Assembly: GCA_964016885.1 (NCBI GenBank) | Contig: OZ024740.1 | Span: forward strand, 130,820,001 to 130,884,000 | DNA: 64,000 nt | Source: Eledone cirrhosa | Lineage: Eukaryota | Reading direction: 5' to 3' | Shown here: piece after piece, positions 26,956 to 41,103 of the stretch | Position numbering within the stretch: the stretch's first letter is position 1 | Layout of the letters: each line of letters opens with the position of its first letter | Program-made: the position numbers and the translations under genes | The notes under the pieces: model-generated | The model's input: the letters and a program-made list of their open reading frames with translations, nothing else | What the model was told of the DNA's origin: nothing | Database searches by the model: none

Positions 26956-29900
26956 CTAGCTGAGCTACCCGGTGATACCCGGGTATTTTATGAAAGATAC
27001 AATATATTTGGCGCACATTACAAACTATTTGACCATTCAAATATGATTGGTAAATTTTAACCAAAGTAGGAATTATAGCAGAATATTTATTGAAGTTTGG
27101 TCAAAGTAAATCATCTAGATAAAAATATAAGTTTTTTCCAGCGGTGATTTGTTGAATACTACTTCCTATTACAGTCAGCATATATAATACTTCACTCATA
27201 GATGAATCATTAGAGGCGTTGTCAGTGAAAAGGGCATGACCCCAAAAAATATATTTAGATTTTTTTTAATTATCCCTTTTTTTCTTATTTTTTATTTAGA
27301 TTGTTTTTTTTTGCTCAATCTGAATCTCTGAAATCTAAAATGTGAAGACTATTTTAAAAACCATAAATAAAATAAGAACATTTATTTAGCATTGGTTTAT
27401 GATTGAATGAAGCATTTACTTATTCATTTCTGTAATTTGGGGAAAGTGCGTTTAAATGTGTACACTGTAGCTTTCAGCAATCTTTGCCTCTATGGCAGTA
27501 GGATCTTGTTTGAGGGAGATTTTTTTTCTATTTCTATTAGCTGTACGAACAGTTATAGTGGCTGACATGTATGTGTGTAAGACAGTTGTTTGTGATTTGA
27601 AATGAATTTTGCTAATATTTCTAGTAGATCGAGTTATCACATATAACTATTCCCTTTTGCTTCATACATATATACATACCTGAGAAAGTAAAGTGGGATT
27701 TGAAGGAAATCTGGCTGCTATTTCTATCCAACAAAGTCCTCACTTATATACATTTATATAGCAGAGGTACCCGGGAATGCCTGCATTTTTTCCAAAGCAA
27801 CACCATGCAGTAACTTTGCGGCTTCAGAATTCCTTGCAAACTACATGACTAAGGAATTAGGATCTGTGTGTATTGTCATTGAATGAGGAATTACGACATT
27901 GCTCATTCCAAAGCCTCTGGATAAACAACATTTTTGGTTTCGCTCTGTGGTGTCACAATGAAGAGACAATCAGGTTTCCCAACCGTTGCTGTGCCAACAT
28001 AGAATTGACCATGTGAATAGACACCATCTGCCAGATTCAACCCAAAGATTTTCAATGATTGCCCTTGAGATTTATTAATGGGCATGGCAAAACTGAGCCT
28101 GATCGGAACTTGAAGGCTTTGACATTCAAATGGCAAATCAGTTGGCTTCAGAGTTATTCTGGAAATGAAACAATTGTAACCAGCAAATTTTCCTGACATG
28201 ATTGCAACTTCTAGTACCTTGGACATCCTATTTTTGATGATGAGTCTTGTTCCATTACAAAGTTTTGGAGGATCCAGATTGCGAAGTAGCATAACCGATG
28301 CTGCAAGTTTCAGTATCAGGTTGTGTGGAGGAATTCCCGTTGTTCAAGACTGTTCAAAAATTCAGTTGTATAGTATTCATCCTTGTCATGAGAAGTGATT
28401 GTGTCAACTGATTTGTAGCATATTTTCTCTCCCGCTAATATCTACAGCAGCCTTCTGTTGATTTCTTTCACAGCAACATTTGTAGGTGCTAAGATTGCTC
28501 GTTCACAGAGCCATTTCACATTGCCTGGTCTGAATGTTTGGAAACACTCTGGCAATCAGTTCTTGTTCTGTGTCAATGATATGGTCAAATGACAACTGAA
28601 TATGGTCATTAGGATCCTTTTCAAGAAGTCCATTTCCCAATTTAAGTAGTCGGATGGCAAACTCACTAACATCTTCGCCACCAGTTAAGTGTACTCCCAT
28701 GTTGGTTGGAATGCTCAGTAGCTGAGAGGATTCTTCCAGACAGGCATCGTCCTGATCGGGTCGAGTACCTCGAAGAATTACAGGCAGAGTTTGTCTGAAA
28801 TCACCAGCAAGATTCATTGATATTCCTCCCATTATGCAACTATTTTCTCTCAGATCCCTTATCGTCCGGTCCAAAGCTTCAATAGCTCCTTTATGGCTCA
28901 TAGTAGCTTCATCCCAAATTACCATCTTGCATGTTTGCAGAAGCTTGCCCTTGGGAGTGTTCTTCTTGATGTTGCAAAAATATTGTTCATGCCGTGTGAG
29001 ATCTATGGGCAGCTTAAACATGGAGGGTGAATTTCTTCCTCCATCCTGAAGTGTTGCTGCAATGCCACTTGAAGCCAAAGCAAGGGCAATATGCTGCTTT
29101 TGGCAAACCTTTGCAAGGAGTAGGCTTATAAGGAATGTCTTGCATCTGCCAGCAGGAGCATCGATGAAGAAAAGTCCTCCCTTGTCATTTTGAATGTGTT
29201 TAATGATGTTGTGTTAGGCGTATTTCTGGTCATCCATCAATCGAGGTTCATTTTCATCCACAAACTTGCGCAAATCTTGAATATCGTAGTTTGTCTCCTG
29301 AAAATGTCTTGTGCTACTTCTATTTCTTCATCTGGCTCTGGCATCCCGCAGTTAGCTAATGAGCTATTCGTTGCATGAGCTCGATGGGACAGGTCACAGA
29401 GAGCTTGATTATATATCCTGTGGGTATATTCCATATACCATATTGCCATATACATATTGTCTTCGTGCTAGGTGTAGATAGTCGTCCGACATATATTTTT
29501 TGTACTCCTGCCAGAGTAGATGAGCTTCATTAATTCCACATGCTGTGAGCATAATAACAAATACTTGTCTTATTTGGCTGGCTACTTGAGTGATTGCTGA
29601 TTCTTTTGGGCACTTTTTCCAGTGCTCATTGTCATGCAGGTGTCCATGCTGTTTACATGCTTCTTGGTATGTTGCGCACTCCTTTCCTCTGAAGGACCTA
29701 AGATCCTCAAATGACGTTGGTCCTCGAACAGTATGCAGAAGTAGACGTAACTAAAAATACATTCTCTCTTGTTGGGATGGACATTGTAAACAGGCCCAAT
29801 AGCATCACTTAACTTCATGACCTTCCACTAAATGACCCTGCTTTCTTCGATTCCAAGTCTTGCAAATGGTCCAGGTGTAGTATGTTGGGACTTCAGCATA

Positions 29901-32900
29901 TAGGAGGGATCGAGCAAATTCATCATTCTGGCAGAGTTTAAATAAAGCAATTACTGTAGTGTCATGTGATGATTGTGCCAACTGATGAGTTGTGATCTCT
30001 GTGAACTACACCCTCTGTCCATTTTCCAGATGGATTGCGATGCTGACCAATGTTCGGTGCCGTTGGTGGCTATCAAATCCAAAGATTCTCCAAATAGCTT
30101 CATTGCTGGAGATGTATCGACTTGTTTGATGTTATTAGACCTCATCCAGCCGACCATCATTGAGTTCTCTGTCAGTAATAAAGGTGGCCTTGTCTCTGCC
30201 CTTGTTGATATATTTTGTGACATATAGGATTGCCTTGACGGAGCTGCAATACTCAACATTGATATGAGCTTTTAAAAGTTTACACAATTTGTTGTGTGGG
30301 ACGACCCACTGATTGTTTATGCTCAGCTCTTCTCCTCGAACTGTTAGTCTTTCACTATCGCCTACGATAAAGTGGGTATCCATTATTGTCACCCCGAGTT
30401 TCACGAATAAAAGCTCTAGGATAATGTTTGCTGCATTTTTGATCTTTCATGCGGGGAGAGGATAGATTGATGACTCCACATGGACCATGAATGAGTTAAG
30501 ACTTGATGCTTTTAAAGAGCTCTGGATCACCACCTTTATCAGGCAACTCTGCTGAAATGATCTTATCAACATCATGTGGTCTTAACCTCCCCTTGCACCA
30601 GATTAGTGATTGAGAGTGAGGAGGACCTCTCTTCTGGCAATCAATAGTGGTCATCCAAAAACTAAGTCCACCAAAGATTTTTCCTTCTTTTACGAGCCAG
30701 ATGAGTTTTTTTTTTTTTGCTTTTCATGGAAACCCGAGCAATGAGGTCATGTCGATCCTTTGTTTTTTTTTTATTTTGAAATAATTCATTTGATATTTCT
30801 AACCAGTTTGAATTGCATGTAAATGAAATGAAGAGATCTGGCCGACTAAATTCTCTGACGTAGGGCATTGGATCTTGCGTACGTGGTCCTACCGTGAAGC
30901 TTGATGGTAGTATGACTGGCTGGCCACTATTTCTTGGGTCAACATCAGAATTGATGGCATCTCTAAGGTGGATGTAGTTATCTGCCCTCAACTTAGTTTG
31001 ATTCCTTCGCAAAAAACCCAATCTTTCTGTTTCAATTATGGCATACATGTCCACCATGAACTTGCTGGTTACTTCTTTGAATCGCAGAACTTGGTTGAAG
31101 TAATCACGTACCATGAAATGATAAGCATAGAATTCTTTGCAGCTGATTGATCGGCCAGTTGCTTGTCTCGTTCCTGGGCTGATCTGCCGTAGATGAAAAT
31201 GATATCCGTCTTGACCATTCCAAAAGATGAGTGGTTATTATAGTGTATCATAGGCTCTATGAGTTTCACAAATTTCGTCCAAATGTCCACTTCGTTTTTG
31301 CAAAACAATGTCACGTCATTCATGATGTTCATCAACCATTATGATTGCAACTTCATCAGTGACAGGTGCATTGAATCTGCGTTCATCTTCTGAAGCGGGG
31401 TGTTTGTCTGCCCTAATTATGATTTTATGGTCTCTAGCGCTGTTCATATGCTCCAGTGTATATTTAAATACACTGACATATATGTGATGTTGACGAAGCA
31501 TTTCTTGTAACATTATTGGCAGTATCGGTAGAGGGTTTGACGCCATGCTTTCCAGCATAGTTACGTCCCTTTACGATCTGAGTTCAAATGCCGCCGATGT
31601 TAACTTTGCCTTTCATCCTTACGGGGTTGATAAAATAAAGTACCAGTAATACACTGGTTAAGTGCTTGCCATGTGCCAACAGTAGAAACAATTATGACTA
31701 TGTAGAACTGTGATCCACCGTGGAAATTGGTACATCTTTGTTGTGGCTGTGTTTAATTTCCACCCATGAAGTAAACCTGCACAAAGTTGTGAGGCTCCTG
31801 TGAAAGTCTACCCATTAAGTGGTAACGCTGTCCCAGAAATGTATAAGTTGTACAGAATCTGAAATAAGTCACATTCATGTCAACCCCAAAAGATGTCATA
31901 TGAAAGGCAGAATTATATTTTATGATGTATTTATTGAAGTGTCGTGCTTTTGGGGTATGCTGAAGGAGCAGATTCTTCAGAAATTCAGGAGGTTATTGTA
32001 TTGTTTTAAAGCTCATTTTGCCTTTTGAGCAGTATAGACTTGGTGTATCTGCTGCCCATTTCTTGGCGCCACAATACTGGCAGCATTTGTTCATTTTCCC
32101 AATGTTGATTTGTGGATTACTGCTGTAGTCCTTTTGGGTGTCATAATAAAAAGCACCAATCAGCCAGTCCATATTACTTGTGGCTTGTTCTCCTGCTCGG
32201 GCAGTAGAACGATGTTCTTGATTAGCATTTCGTCTGATTTGCTGCTTTTCCTTAATTTGTTGTTCTCGTCTAGCAACAGTCCTTTGTTCCCTTTCATCCA
32301 AACGGTGTGTTCGTGCTAAAGCTGTTTGGGCTTTGTTAGCAGCTAGACGGGCATGCCGAACTTCTTCTCTTTCTTCAGAACGCTGTGTTTTCTTTCTCTT
32401 TGCCTCTGAAGATGACCTTCCATATAATGATCTGGAACGTTTTCTAGGCATTTGAAGTAATTCTATTAGACACCACACGATACAATCATGTACCAGTAAT
32501 GCACTGAATAATTGCTGACCTTGTGTCACAATTAGAAACAATTATTACACACCTCACTCTTTCCGAAATATAAACAACTATAGAATGTATTGTTCACTCA
32601 ATAAAGATGTTTTAAATTATCTCTTTATATGAATGTATATTAGGTGTAATTAATTTTAGGTATATGTAGAAAATATTGTGATTTGAGATTGTATTCCAAA
32701 AAACGACAAACACTACAAAAAAAATATTTTCTGTGTTAATTCAAATAACAGCGGAAAATAGTATATTCAAATGATATCTTTTTAAAGTACAGTGTTTTTT
32801 TTTTTGTCTGTTAAATGCATACATATATACAACTTCTATAAAAGCATCTGTGATTTCTTTAGACATATATAGAAAATAAGCTTCGACGGTAACATTTATC

Positions 32901-33351
32901 GTCTGCTAAAGAACCCTTCCCCCTCCACATAACACACACATATGTGTGTGAAAATATGTATATATAAACGCGGACACACGTTAGTTAAAATAATCCCTCC
33001 AATCACCCTCCCTATCATTGCCTCTTTACTTTTTTTCTCTCTCCCATCTTGTCTCTCTTCTTATTGTCTTTCTTTCCCTATCCGCCTCGCTCTCTTTCTC
33101 TTTCTCATCTCTTCCCTTTATTTCTCTCTCTCATCCTTACACAATAGCAAACAAAAAATAGATAAAAGATAAATAACATTGGGAGATTTAAGATGTGTAA
33201 AAAGAATAAATAAATAAAAGTTAATGAACACTAGCCACTTTCCCTCTCTCTCTCCAATCCAATTACTCTCTCTCTCTCTCTTTTATTTCTCTCTCACCCT
33301 CCTCTCTCTCTACGGAATAGAGATCACAAAATAAAGAAAAGATAAATAATG
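26956..33351 (-). mobile_element. Decayed autonomous Helitron, copy 2 (5' end missing)
   Basis: Same 3' hairpin and CTAG at 26956; YVTKYINKG, IWDEATM, GDFRQ, INKSQGQS; colinear with copy 1 up to about 33351. Confidence 0.92.
31516..31697 (+). mobile_element. tRNA-type SINE inserted in Helitron copy 2
   Basis: Absent from copy 1; A-box-like tggcagtatcgg, B-box-like gagttcaaatgcc, core ctttcatccttacggggttgataaaataaagtaccag; attat at both ends as a possible TSD. Confidence 0.85.
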
Positions 33352-36300
33352 TCCTTTGGCTCTCTTCCTCAACCTGTAAGCTTATAAACAGAGAAGGCAC
33401 AATCACCCGGGCCATTTTCGCTTCATTCATCCACTTTTCAGTAAATTTACTGGTGTGCAGTGCCTCTCTCTCCATCCTGATTCTCCTTCTAAAGTGATAC
33501 TTAAAGAAGGGAATCAATTGTTGTCTGGAGTGAAAGGCATCTGTCCTCAGTCCTCTCAACCTCGTCCACCATATAACTTCTTTCACCATAGCCACCGTAC
33601 AGAGGAAAACCGCCTCTCTTTCGTTTTTGAAAGAGGCTAGCGGTTTGATACTTACTATGGACTCGGCAGTCAGCTGGATTTGTCCCATCTGCGACAGCAG
33701 TTGTTCTGCATAGTTCCACAAGTCGGTTACGCCAGGGTAGTGTACAATTGAGTGCAGGACTGTTTCAATGTCCTGCGCGCATCTTGGACACGTCATCTTG
33801 GAAGGATCCCTGCCGGGGCGTCCGTGCCTGTAGATCTTGTCACGAACCGGTAGAGCTCCTCGGTAGCACTGCCAGGCCAGGGACCTTAGAAGTTGTCCAT
33901 AGGTCCCGCGCGGAAAGTCCTACCAAACAGACTGTTGAGCTCATCGTCTTCGACGCCCAGATTCTCTCCGAGCACGTCGTCGCTCTTGTAACGTACTATA
34001 GAATGTCGAAGTGGATTATCCACTGATTGCTGCGCCTGCTTGTCAGAGGACTGTGAGCGCCTGAGCGCATTCAATGTGCCAGGCGCCCATCGTTTTCGGT
34101 CTTTTCTTCTCCCAGAACTGCAGTTCCGTCAGCGAGACGAGCTGTGGGAAAGCCTGTCTCACAAACGGTACCCACACCGGTTGGGGGTCGGTGAGGAATA
34201 CCTGGAGATGCCGCAGCATCAGCGCATGTTTGCTCATCATCAGTCACGGCATTCCGTTGGGAGGGTGCTGACAGCAGCGGATCTCCTCACCAGCGGAGCC
34301 TGCTTCTTCCACAGAAACTGGCAGAGCATGCGTTCCATCTTGGCGAGGTGTTCACGGGGACAAGGCACGACAGTCAAGCTGTAGTAGATGACGGACGCTA
34401 TGAAAGTGTTCGCGACCTCAGCTCGAAATTTCAAGGACAGTTTGCACTCTGCCCACTTCTGGGTGAGTGCAAACACCTTGGCTGTGACCTCGTTCCTGTT
34501 TTTCTCCACCTGGAGGTCTGGACCGAACCAGACCCCGATCAATTTCACCGGTCCGTCCGTCCAGCGTCTAACGACGCTGTCGGGCGTCATCTGTTTGCCT
34601 TACCACGTACCGAGTTGGAAACCGACAGACTTGTCCGGGTTTAGTTTTGCTCCCGCCAGCGTTTCGTATTATTTCAGTAAGTTGCCGATCACCCCGATTT
34701 TCGAGATTCTCGACACCATTACCGTCACGTCGTCGGCATAAACCGACGCCGCTTTTCGCAGTCCCGGTTCTAGAGGGATGCCCTGCAACAGCTCTAATTT
34801 CCGCAGTAGTGGCTCTAGAGTCAATACATACAGAATAGAGGAGAGGTGGCACCCCTGTCGAATGGAACGCGTGATTGCGAACGGCTCCGATAGGTAACCG
34901 TTCACCTTGACCCTCGAACAAATGCTGGTGTGCATCACCGCGATCCATCCTCTGACCACCGGACCGAAACCGGCTGCATTGAGAACCGCTTCCAAGTATC
35001 GATGGTCGACCCTATCGAATGCCTTAGACTGATCCAAGTTGTTCAGAGCCCCACCGAAGCCGGGTTTACTACCCACCCTCTCTATGATGTATCGCATGAG
35101 GTGGAGGTTGTCATGTCTTGACCTGCTCGGGATTTGCACACGTTTGCGCTTTCTGTACCAGGTTCTCGACGACAAGCGCCAACCTTGTCGCTAACACCTT
35201 GGCCAAAATCTTTAACTATGTGTTGAGCAGAGTTATGGGCCTGAAGTTGTTAATTTCATCCCCCTTGTTCTCGTCTTTCCTCATCAGCGTTACTACGCCC
35301 TTGCCTGCAGAACTTGGAATTCTCCCGTTCTGCTGAAAATTGCAATAGACGAAGCAATTCGAGGACGCCAGAGTACAAGTCCGGCATGCCTATGTAAAAT
35401 TCGTAGGGTAGACCATCTAGACCGGGTGACTTGTGTTTCCCGCAGCCGTCCAGAGCATCCCGTATCTAAGTATCCGTTATCGGTCTTTCGCAGAACTCGG
35501 CGTCGGTGTTCGAGAGACGCGGCAGGCCGTCGAGGTATGAACTAAAGTCCATTGTCCCGTTCGGCTCACCGTCGTTCTGCTCAAACAGTCGCGCAAAGTG
35601 CCGCTGAAATGCCGCGCACATTTGCTTGGGGTCAGTAGCACGCGTCCGTATTGGTCTTTCAAAGACCGAATCGTGGACTTGTTGCCACTTTTTACCTCCG
35701 CCACTCGGGCCCTGCTGACAGTTTTCGCTCCTTCGTTTCCTAGAGCACGTGTTTTGCGTCTGCCCACGCAGCCTTCGTGTTTCGCATCGAAGAACTGGTC
35801 CAGTGCCGTTCTCGACGCTAACACTCTAGCCGTGTTGCCACTTCTAAGTGCCACCTCTACCTTGGCTACTAGTTGTCTTTCTATTCTGTTTTTCTCTAAG
35901 GCTAACTCTCTGCTCTACCCTATCGATTCTAGTCTAATTGCTTACTTTTGAGAGTACCACCATCTATTGTTGACGATGGCTCCCGTTAACTGTTGCTTGA
36001 CTAGTCTACTTATCTGTTCACTGTAAGCTTTACGTGCCGGCAACGACACGTTCAGCTTCCAGTATCCGGGACCATGTTTATGTATTCTATCACGGTTGAC
36101 TAAGCAGGCGACTAACTTATGATCTGAAGAGGCAACCATGTCCATCGTGGACAGCTTAACATCTACTTGTCCCTTTCTCTAATGAAGAACCTACCTAAAT
36201 ACGATCTAGATGTCCCACTGCAGTTTGCCCACGTCCTCTGTGGTGCAATCGAGAAATCCAGTCGATACATATCGGCCATTTTGAATTGGCCGACTAACGC

Positions 36301-38740
36301 TTTGAGGCTGTTGCACCCCGCTCTACTGGGACATGCTCCCACATAGTCCCATCGTGCATCTAGGATACCATTCCAGTCCCCCACTAAAAGTAAGGAGCGA
36401 GACGTTCCCAGAAAAGAGTCTGGACGCTTAAAGAAGTCTGGCTGTGATTGGGATTTCCCGGTCGGGGCATAAACGGCCACCAGTCTGTAGGCTCCACCTC
36501 CGATACTGTTCACATCTAGGACTAGAGTCTACCCTCCGGTTCCAAGTGTACTTGCTGTACTCCGACGTCCGGGTTCTTCCGACACATGACAGCCACTCCA
36601 CCTCCACCTCCTGGCTGACAGAGAGATGCGTAGATCTCAAACTCGTCGAAGATGGGGGTTAGTTGCTGCCTGTTCTGGATCCTGGACTCGGTGATGGCTA
36701 TCACATCCATACTGTGTGACCTAAGGTCGTTTAAATGTTGGCCCTGTTTCCAGGGCATCCCTAGGCACACGCACTTTCACGGTTCCAACTCGTAAACTAG
36801 CCATGTTGGTGAAGAACATTTAGAGAAAAAGGACGAAAGGTGCACTTACCTTTTCGTTACCTGGGGATCGGGTTGTTCAATCTCCATTTGGGTGCTGGAT
36901 GCGGTGTTGGGTGGGGTGGGGAAACATTTTAACAGGACGCGGTTGATGGATTTGTGGCAGGGGTTGCCCACGTCCTGTGAAAATGTATTTTTTAGGTCAT
37001 TATAGGTTTCCATAGAAACCCTTATAAGTTTAAGGTGTGAAGACGATTCTGCCTTGACGAAAGTTTTGCCCTCCGTCTCTATCTTGTGGTTTTGGGAGGG
37101 GACCTCCATCAAACCATTATTGTTTGTGTTGATGCATGCGTATTGTGTTGTTTTAGTTTGTTGTTCGTCCGGCAGTTTTCTTTTGATGGTGGGTGCTTGT
37201 GTTTGGGGTGCTGTTGGTGCTGGTTTTGCTGATAGAGGGATGTTTCACTGTGGTGTTGTTTGTGCTGTTGTTGGTGTCTGTGGTTGTGTGTTGGTGTTGG
37301 TGATTGGAGTTTTGGGGGTTTTGTGGTGTCCCTTTTTTTGTTTCTTTAGATTTCCGCGGTTCTCCCTCTTCTTCACTTAAAGAAGGAGAAGCAGCTTCAT
37401 CCGTCGATGAATAATCATCGTCAGGTGTGTGGGGTAAGGGTATGTTGTGTGGTGGTGGTGTTTCGGTATGTGTGTTTGTGGTAGTGTTTGGTGGAATGGG
37501 ATGGAGTGGGGCTGTGTTCTTCAGGGTGTTGTCTCTGTATTTTCTGTTGTTGTTGGTTGAGTGTCTGTTTGTTTTGGTGTGGTTCCTCCTTTCGTCTGTC
37601 GTTGTACTTGTGGTGGTGGTGGTTGTTCTGGTGTTGGTGTTGGTAATAGCGTTTTTTTATGATGTTGTTGTTGTGTGTTTGTGGACAAGAGGCTTTTAGG
37701 TGAGCTGTGCTACCACAGCGAAAGCAGTGAAACGTTTGTCCTTCTACCGAAATGTTTATTTTGTTGTTATTATCAATAACGACTCTTTCGGGTATTTTGA
37801 AGATTCTCTCCGGTTTCATTTGCAACAGAAGCTCCAAATATGTGCCCGCCCACCTTTGTCGAATAGATTTTCGTATTGAAAGTATCAAATCAGTTTCTGG
37901 CTCTACGAAGCCAGCCAAGATCGACCAGATGTTAATGTTTGGAGGTATGTTTTTTTATTTTTATTTTTTGTGTCCTTTTACCCATGTATGTAGGGAAAAC
38001 AGATGTATGCTTTTGACACCATTGGTGTCACAGAGTTTTTTGGGGCGAGTGCCTCGCTTTTAAACAGTACGGAAACACGTTCGTACTGTTTTGCTCGCTC
38101 GAGAAAATCGACATTTGCTAGAATTTCCTTGAAAGTATCTTCTATATCTGCTTGGTTAACAAATGTCGGCTTTCTTGTTGAATTTGACACAGTCCTAAAA
38201 GTGACTGTTCTGCGGATTGTGTCTTCCTTTATTTCAAGGGGTGAGTTAATTCTAAACCCATCTCTTTCTTCGAAAGTTACAAATGTTCTCCCTTGCTGGA
38301 GCATATCTCTTGCGTTGGAGATATCAAGATTTATAAAATCTTGTTTTTTGTTCACTGTTTCAGCGAAAGGCATTTTCTTTTTTTGTGTGGTGTTGCTGTT
38401 GTTGTTGTTATCGTTGTTGGAAATCTCAGTTCCTTGCCGAGGTGAAACATTATGTGTATATGTATATGTAGAGTTGTTGATGTCTTTTTCATGTGTATGT
38501 ATGTTAATGGGTTTAATTCCTGTGTTTTCCTGTGTGTTATTGTTATTTTTCTCCGCTTCGACGGTAGAAATTTTAAAATTTTCAAGTGTTAATATATTTT
38601 ATTCTTTGTGGACACTTGTATCTAAGGCGATGTCCATAGTAGCAGAAGCAGATATAACGTTGATATCTGCCTCTTTCTCTCTCTTTTTTCTATTAACGTT
38701 CTCCAGCGTTCTTGTGTTGCTCAAGTTATTTAGTTTGTAA
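33352..38740 (-). mobile_element. Decayed near-full-length L1/Tx1-clade LINE (ORF1 with CCHC; ORF2 APE plus RT)
   Basis: ORF1 CFRCGSTAHLKASC (37421-37918); ORF2 from ATG near 36804 with DVIAITE, VYAP, GDWN, SDH, GYWKLN, RPITLLN, LDQSKAFDRVDH, RQGC.LS, YADDV and a C-terminal CPRC..ETVLH; many frameshifts. Confidence 0.9.
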
Positions 38741-38759
38741 AATCTGATATTTTAAAACA

Positions 38760-38942
38760 AATTTTTAAAATAAAATGTTCCCCCCTACAGGTGCGAAAAA
38801 TGGGATTACCATCCAGCTGGCAATTCAGTTTGGGAGTTAATCTACAAAGTGTTATGTTTTTTCAAACAATTAGTTCGGTTTTTTGCATAGAAATTAACAA
38901 AAAGGCTTACCGGCGATGTTCCACACTTCAAGCAGAAAGATG

Positions 38943-38995
<53 letters not shown>

Positions 38996-39010
38996 GTAGA
39001 TAGATAGATT

Positions 39011-39061
<51 letters not shown>

Positions 39062-39960
39062 GAAGGGTAACTACGCATATATGATCATTTTATATGCATT
39101 TCTAGATTTCAGAAATATTGATGTACGCGCATATGTTTTGAATGCTTTGCTTACATTTCTGTTGAGATTGTATAGTTTCCTGTACCTGGAAAGCTGTGTT
39201 TATGAGCATATGTGTGTATGGATTTGTTGTATATAATTATTCCGGACTTTCAGATTTGTTGCACTATTCTCTTAACTGTTTATGTGTGGTGAGGGGTGGC
39301 GTCTTACGGCCATAGATGTCCCATCCCTCGTTAATTTTTAGCATAAATTTTCAAATGACCAGATTTTCCTCTGAATATTTGTGAATTTACTATAATTTAC
39401 CCAGTAACATGCCATGAAAACAGTATAAGTTTGACAGGGTGTATCAAATGATGATATTTCTTTGATTTTTCTTTTTACCAAACTTGACTATATAGACTTT
39501 GTAACCAAAATAATATCGACAAACAGCATTAGCAAACAAGTTCATATTGTTTTATTTAGTAGCAAATATAACAAAGACACCGGTCATGACAGTACCAAAA
39601 TGCCGTACCTATATCCCTGCCAATTTTACTGGTCATAGCCTCTGTGGTTCTAAAAAAATTGTGAGCTTTGTAAAAGTACAAACTTGTAACACATATGGCT
39701 AAAGCTGATAACGTCATCAGAGAGACGTTGACATCAGCAACAATATTTTTTAAATACACAAATAGTTCACCATCAATTGTGTATACAGGTGCCAATTGAT
39801 ATTGGCATAGCTTTATAGGTTCAGGAATAAGACAGAAAGGGCTCTCTGATACCCCTCCGCCTATCATATCGGAGCCCTTTTAAACGCACAGCATTTGAAG
39901 GGACAAGAAAATATTTGAAATACTAACTGACTCCGTCTGTAACCGATGCTATTTATTTAG
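38760..39960 (-). pseudogene. Probable decayed intronless class A GPCR
   Basis: In order: TM2-like MIGGGVSESPFCLIP, TM3-like VNVSLMTLSALAI, TM4-like IGTAFW, TM5-like YTVFMACY, TM6-like AYKMII..VVTL and TM7/H8-like LNC..GNPIFRTCRGEHF; interrupted by (GATA)n. Confidence 0.45.
38942..39061. repeat. (GATA)n microsatellite
   Basis: Seen directly. Confidence 0.95.
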
Positions 39961-40926
39961 ACTTATTTCCCTTTTGTCTTCGGCTATTGGCTGGATACAT
40001 ATATTCATAGTGCTATTTGCTTACGCTGATTTGGTAAAATTATACTTCATTCTTTGTAAGTTGCTTAAATATCTTACTCCAGTATGCATAAATTATTTGC
40101 CTTTTGAGGAGATATGCTTCTACTGTTTATTCCTGGGACAGTCTTATATTTCCGTCATTATAAATTGATACATAACATTTCATAGTCATAGTATTTTTTG
40201 CCCGAAAAGATGGTATTCGCAGTTTGTTATAATTAATAACGCAATTTCTTTAGTGTTAAATGTAAAATATTTTTATCTTCTGCCGTAATCGAAATATTAA
40301 AGTAAACAATGATTTGGTGGATACTTTGGGTAGATTTCTCGAACATTATATTATGCCCATATCATGTCCTGAAATACTTTTTTCTCCAATTATGTTGATC
40401 ATACACACATTATATTGACTTTAATGATTGCGGATAATTAAAGCTTCAGCTTAGAGATATCTAAGACTTAAGTGCATATCTCTCATATGTCCATCTGTAT
40501 TATTTTTCAAATGACATTACCGTGAAACATATTATTTTTTTATATATCATATATAATTGTTTCTACATATAAACACACAATATATTTTATAAATAATTAA
40601 TATTGGTACTGTATTGAGATATGATCACACATAAATTACACTAGTGTGTGCAAATGAAATTTTCGTTTATTTTCTATCAAGATTATATAAATATGGTTCT
40701 GCAAAATATACATTATAAATTAAATCAGAAGTAGACTATATATTTTTCTATGTTCATATTATCCGTACATGGATGTCGAAATTTCCTATCACTGGCCCTA
40801 TATCGATTTGTCTATCAATCATTCGATACTTCTATCTTTCACGTGATGAATATTTAGTATACCTTTGAATTAAGGCAAATAGGCTATCTCTAATATAGCG
40901 AGTACCAACTATTTATATAAACACAC

Positions 40927-40991
<65 letters not shown>

Positions 40992-41044
40992 AGTGTGTGT
41001 GCGCGTGTATGAGCGTATATGTGGGTGTGTATGTATATGTGTGA

Positions 41045-41103
<59 letters not shown>

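Noticed and set aside
31516-31590. tRNA gene
   Set aside because: The A/B-box-like motifs belong to a SINE head; no cloverleaf.
38003-38740. 245-aa hydrophobic plus-strand ORF, and similar ORFs at 37054-37699
   Set aside because: Antisense shadow of the A/C-rich LINE ORF1.
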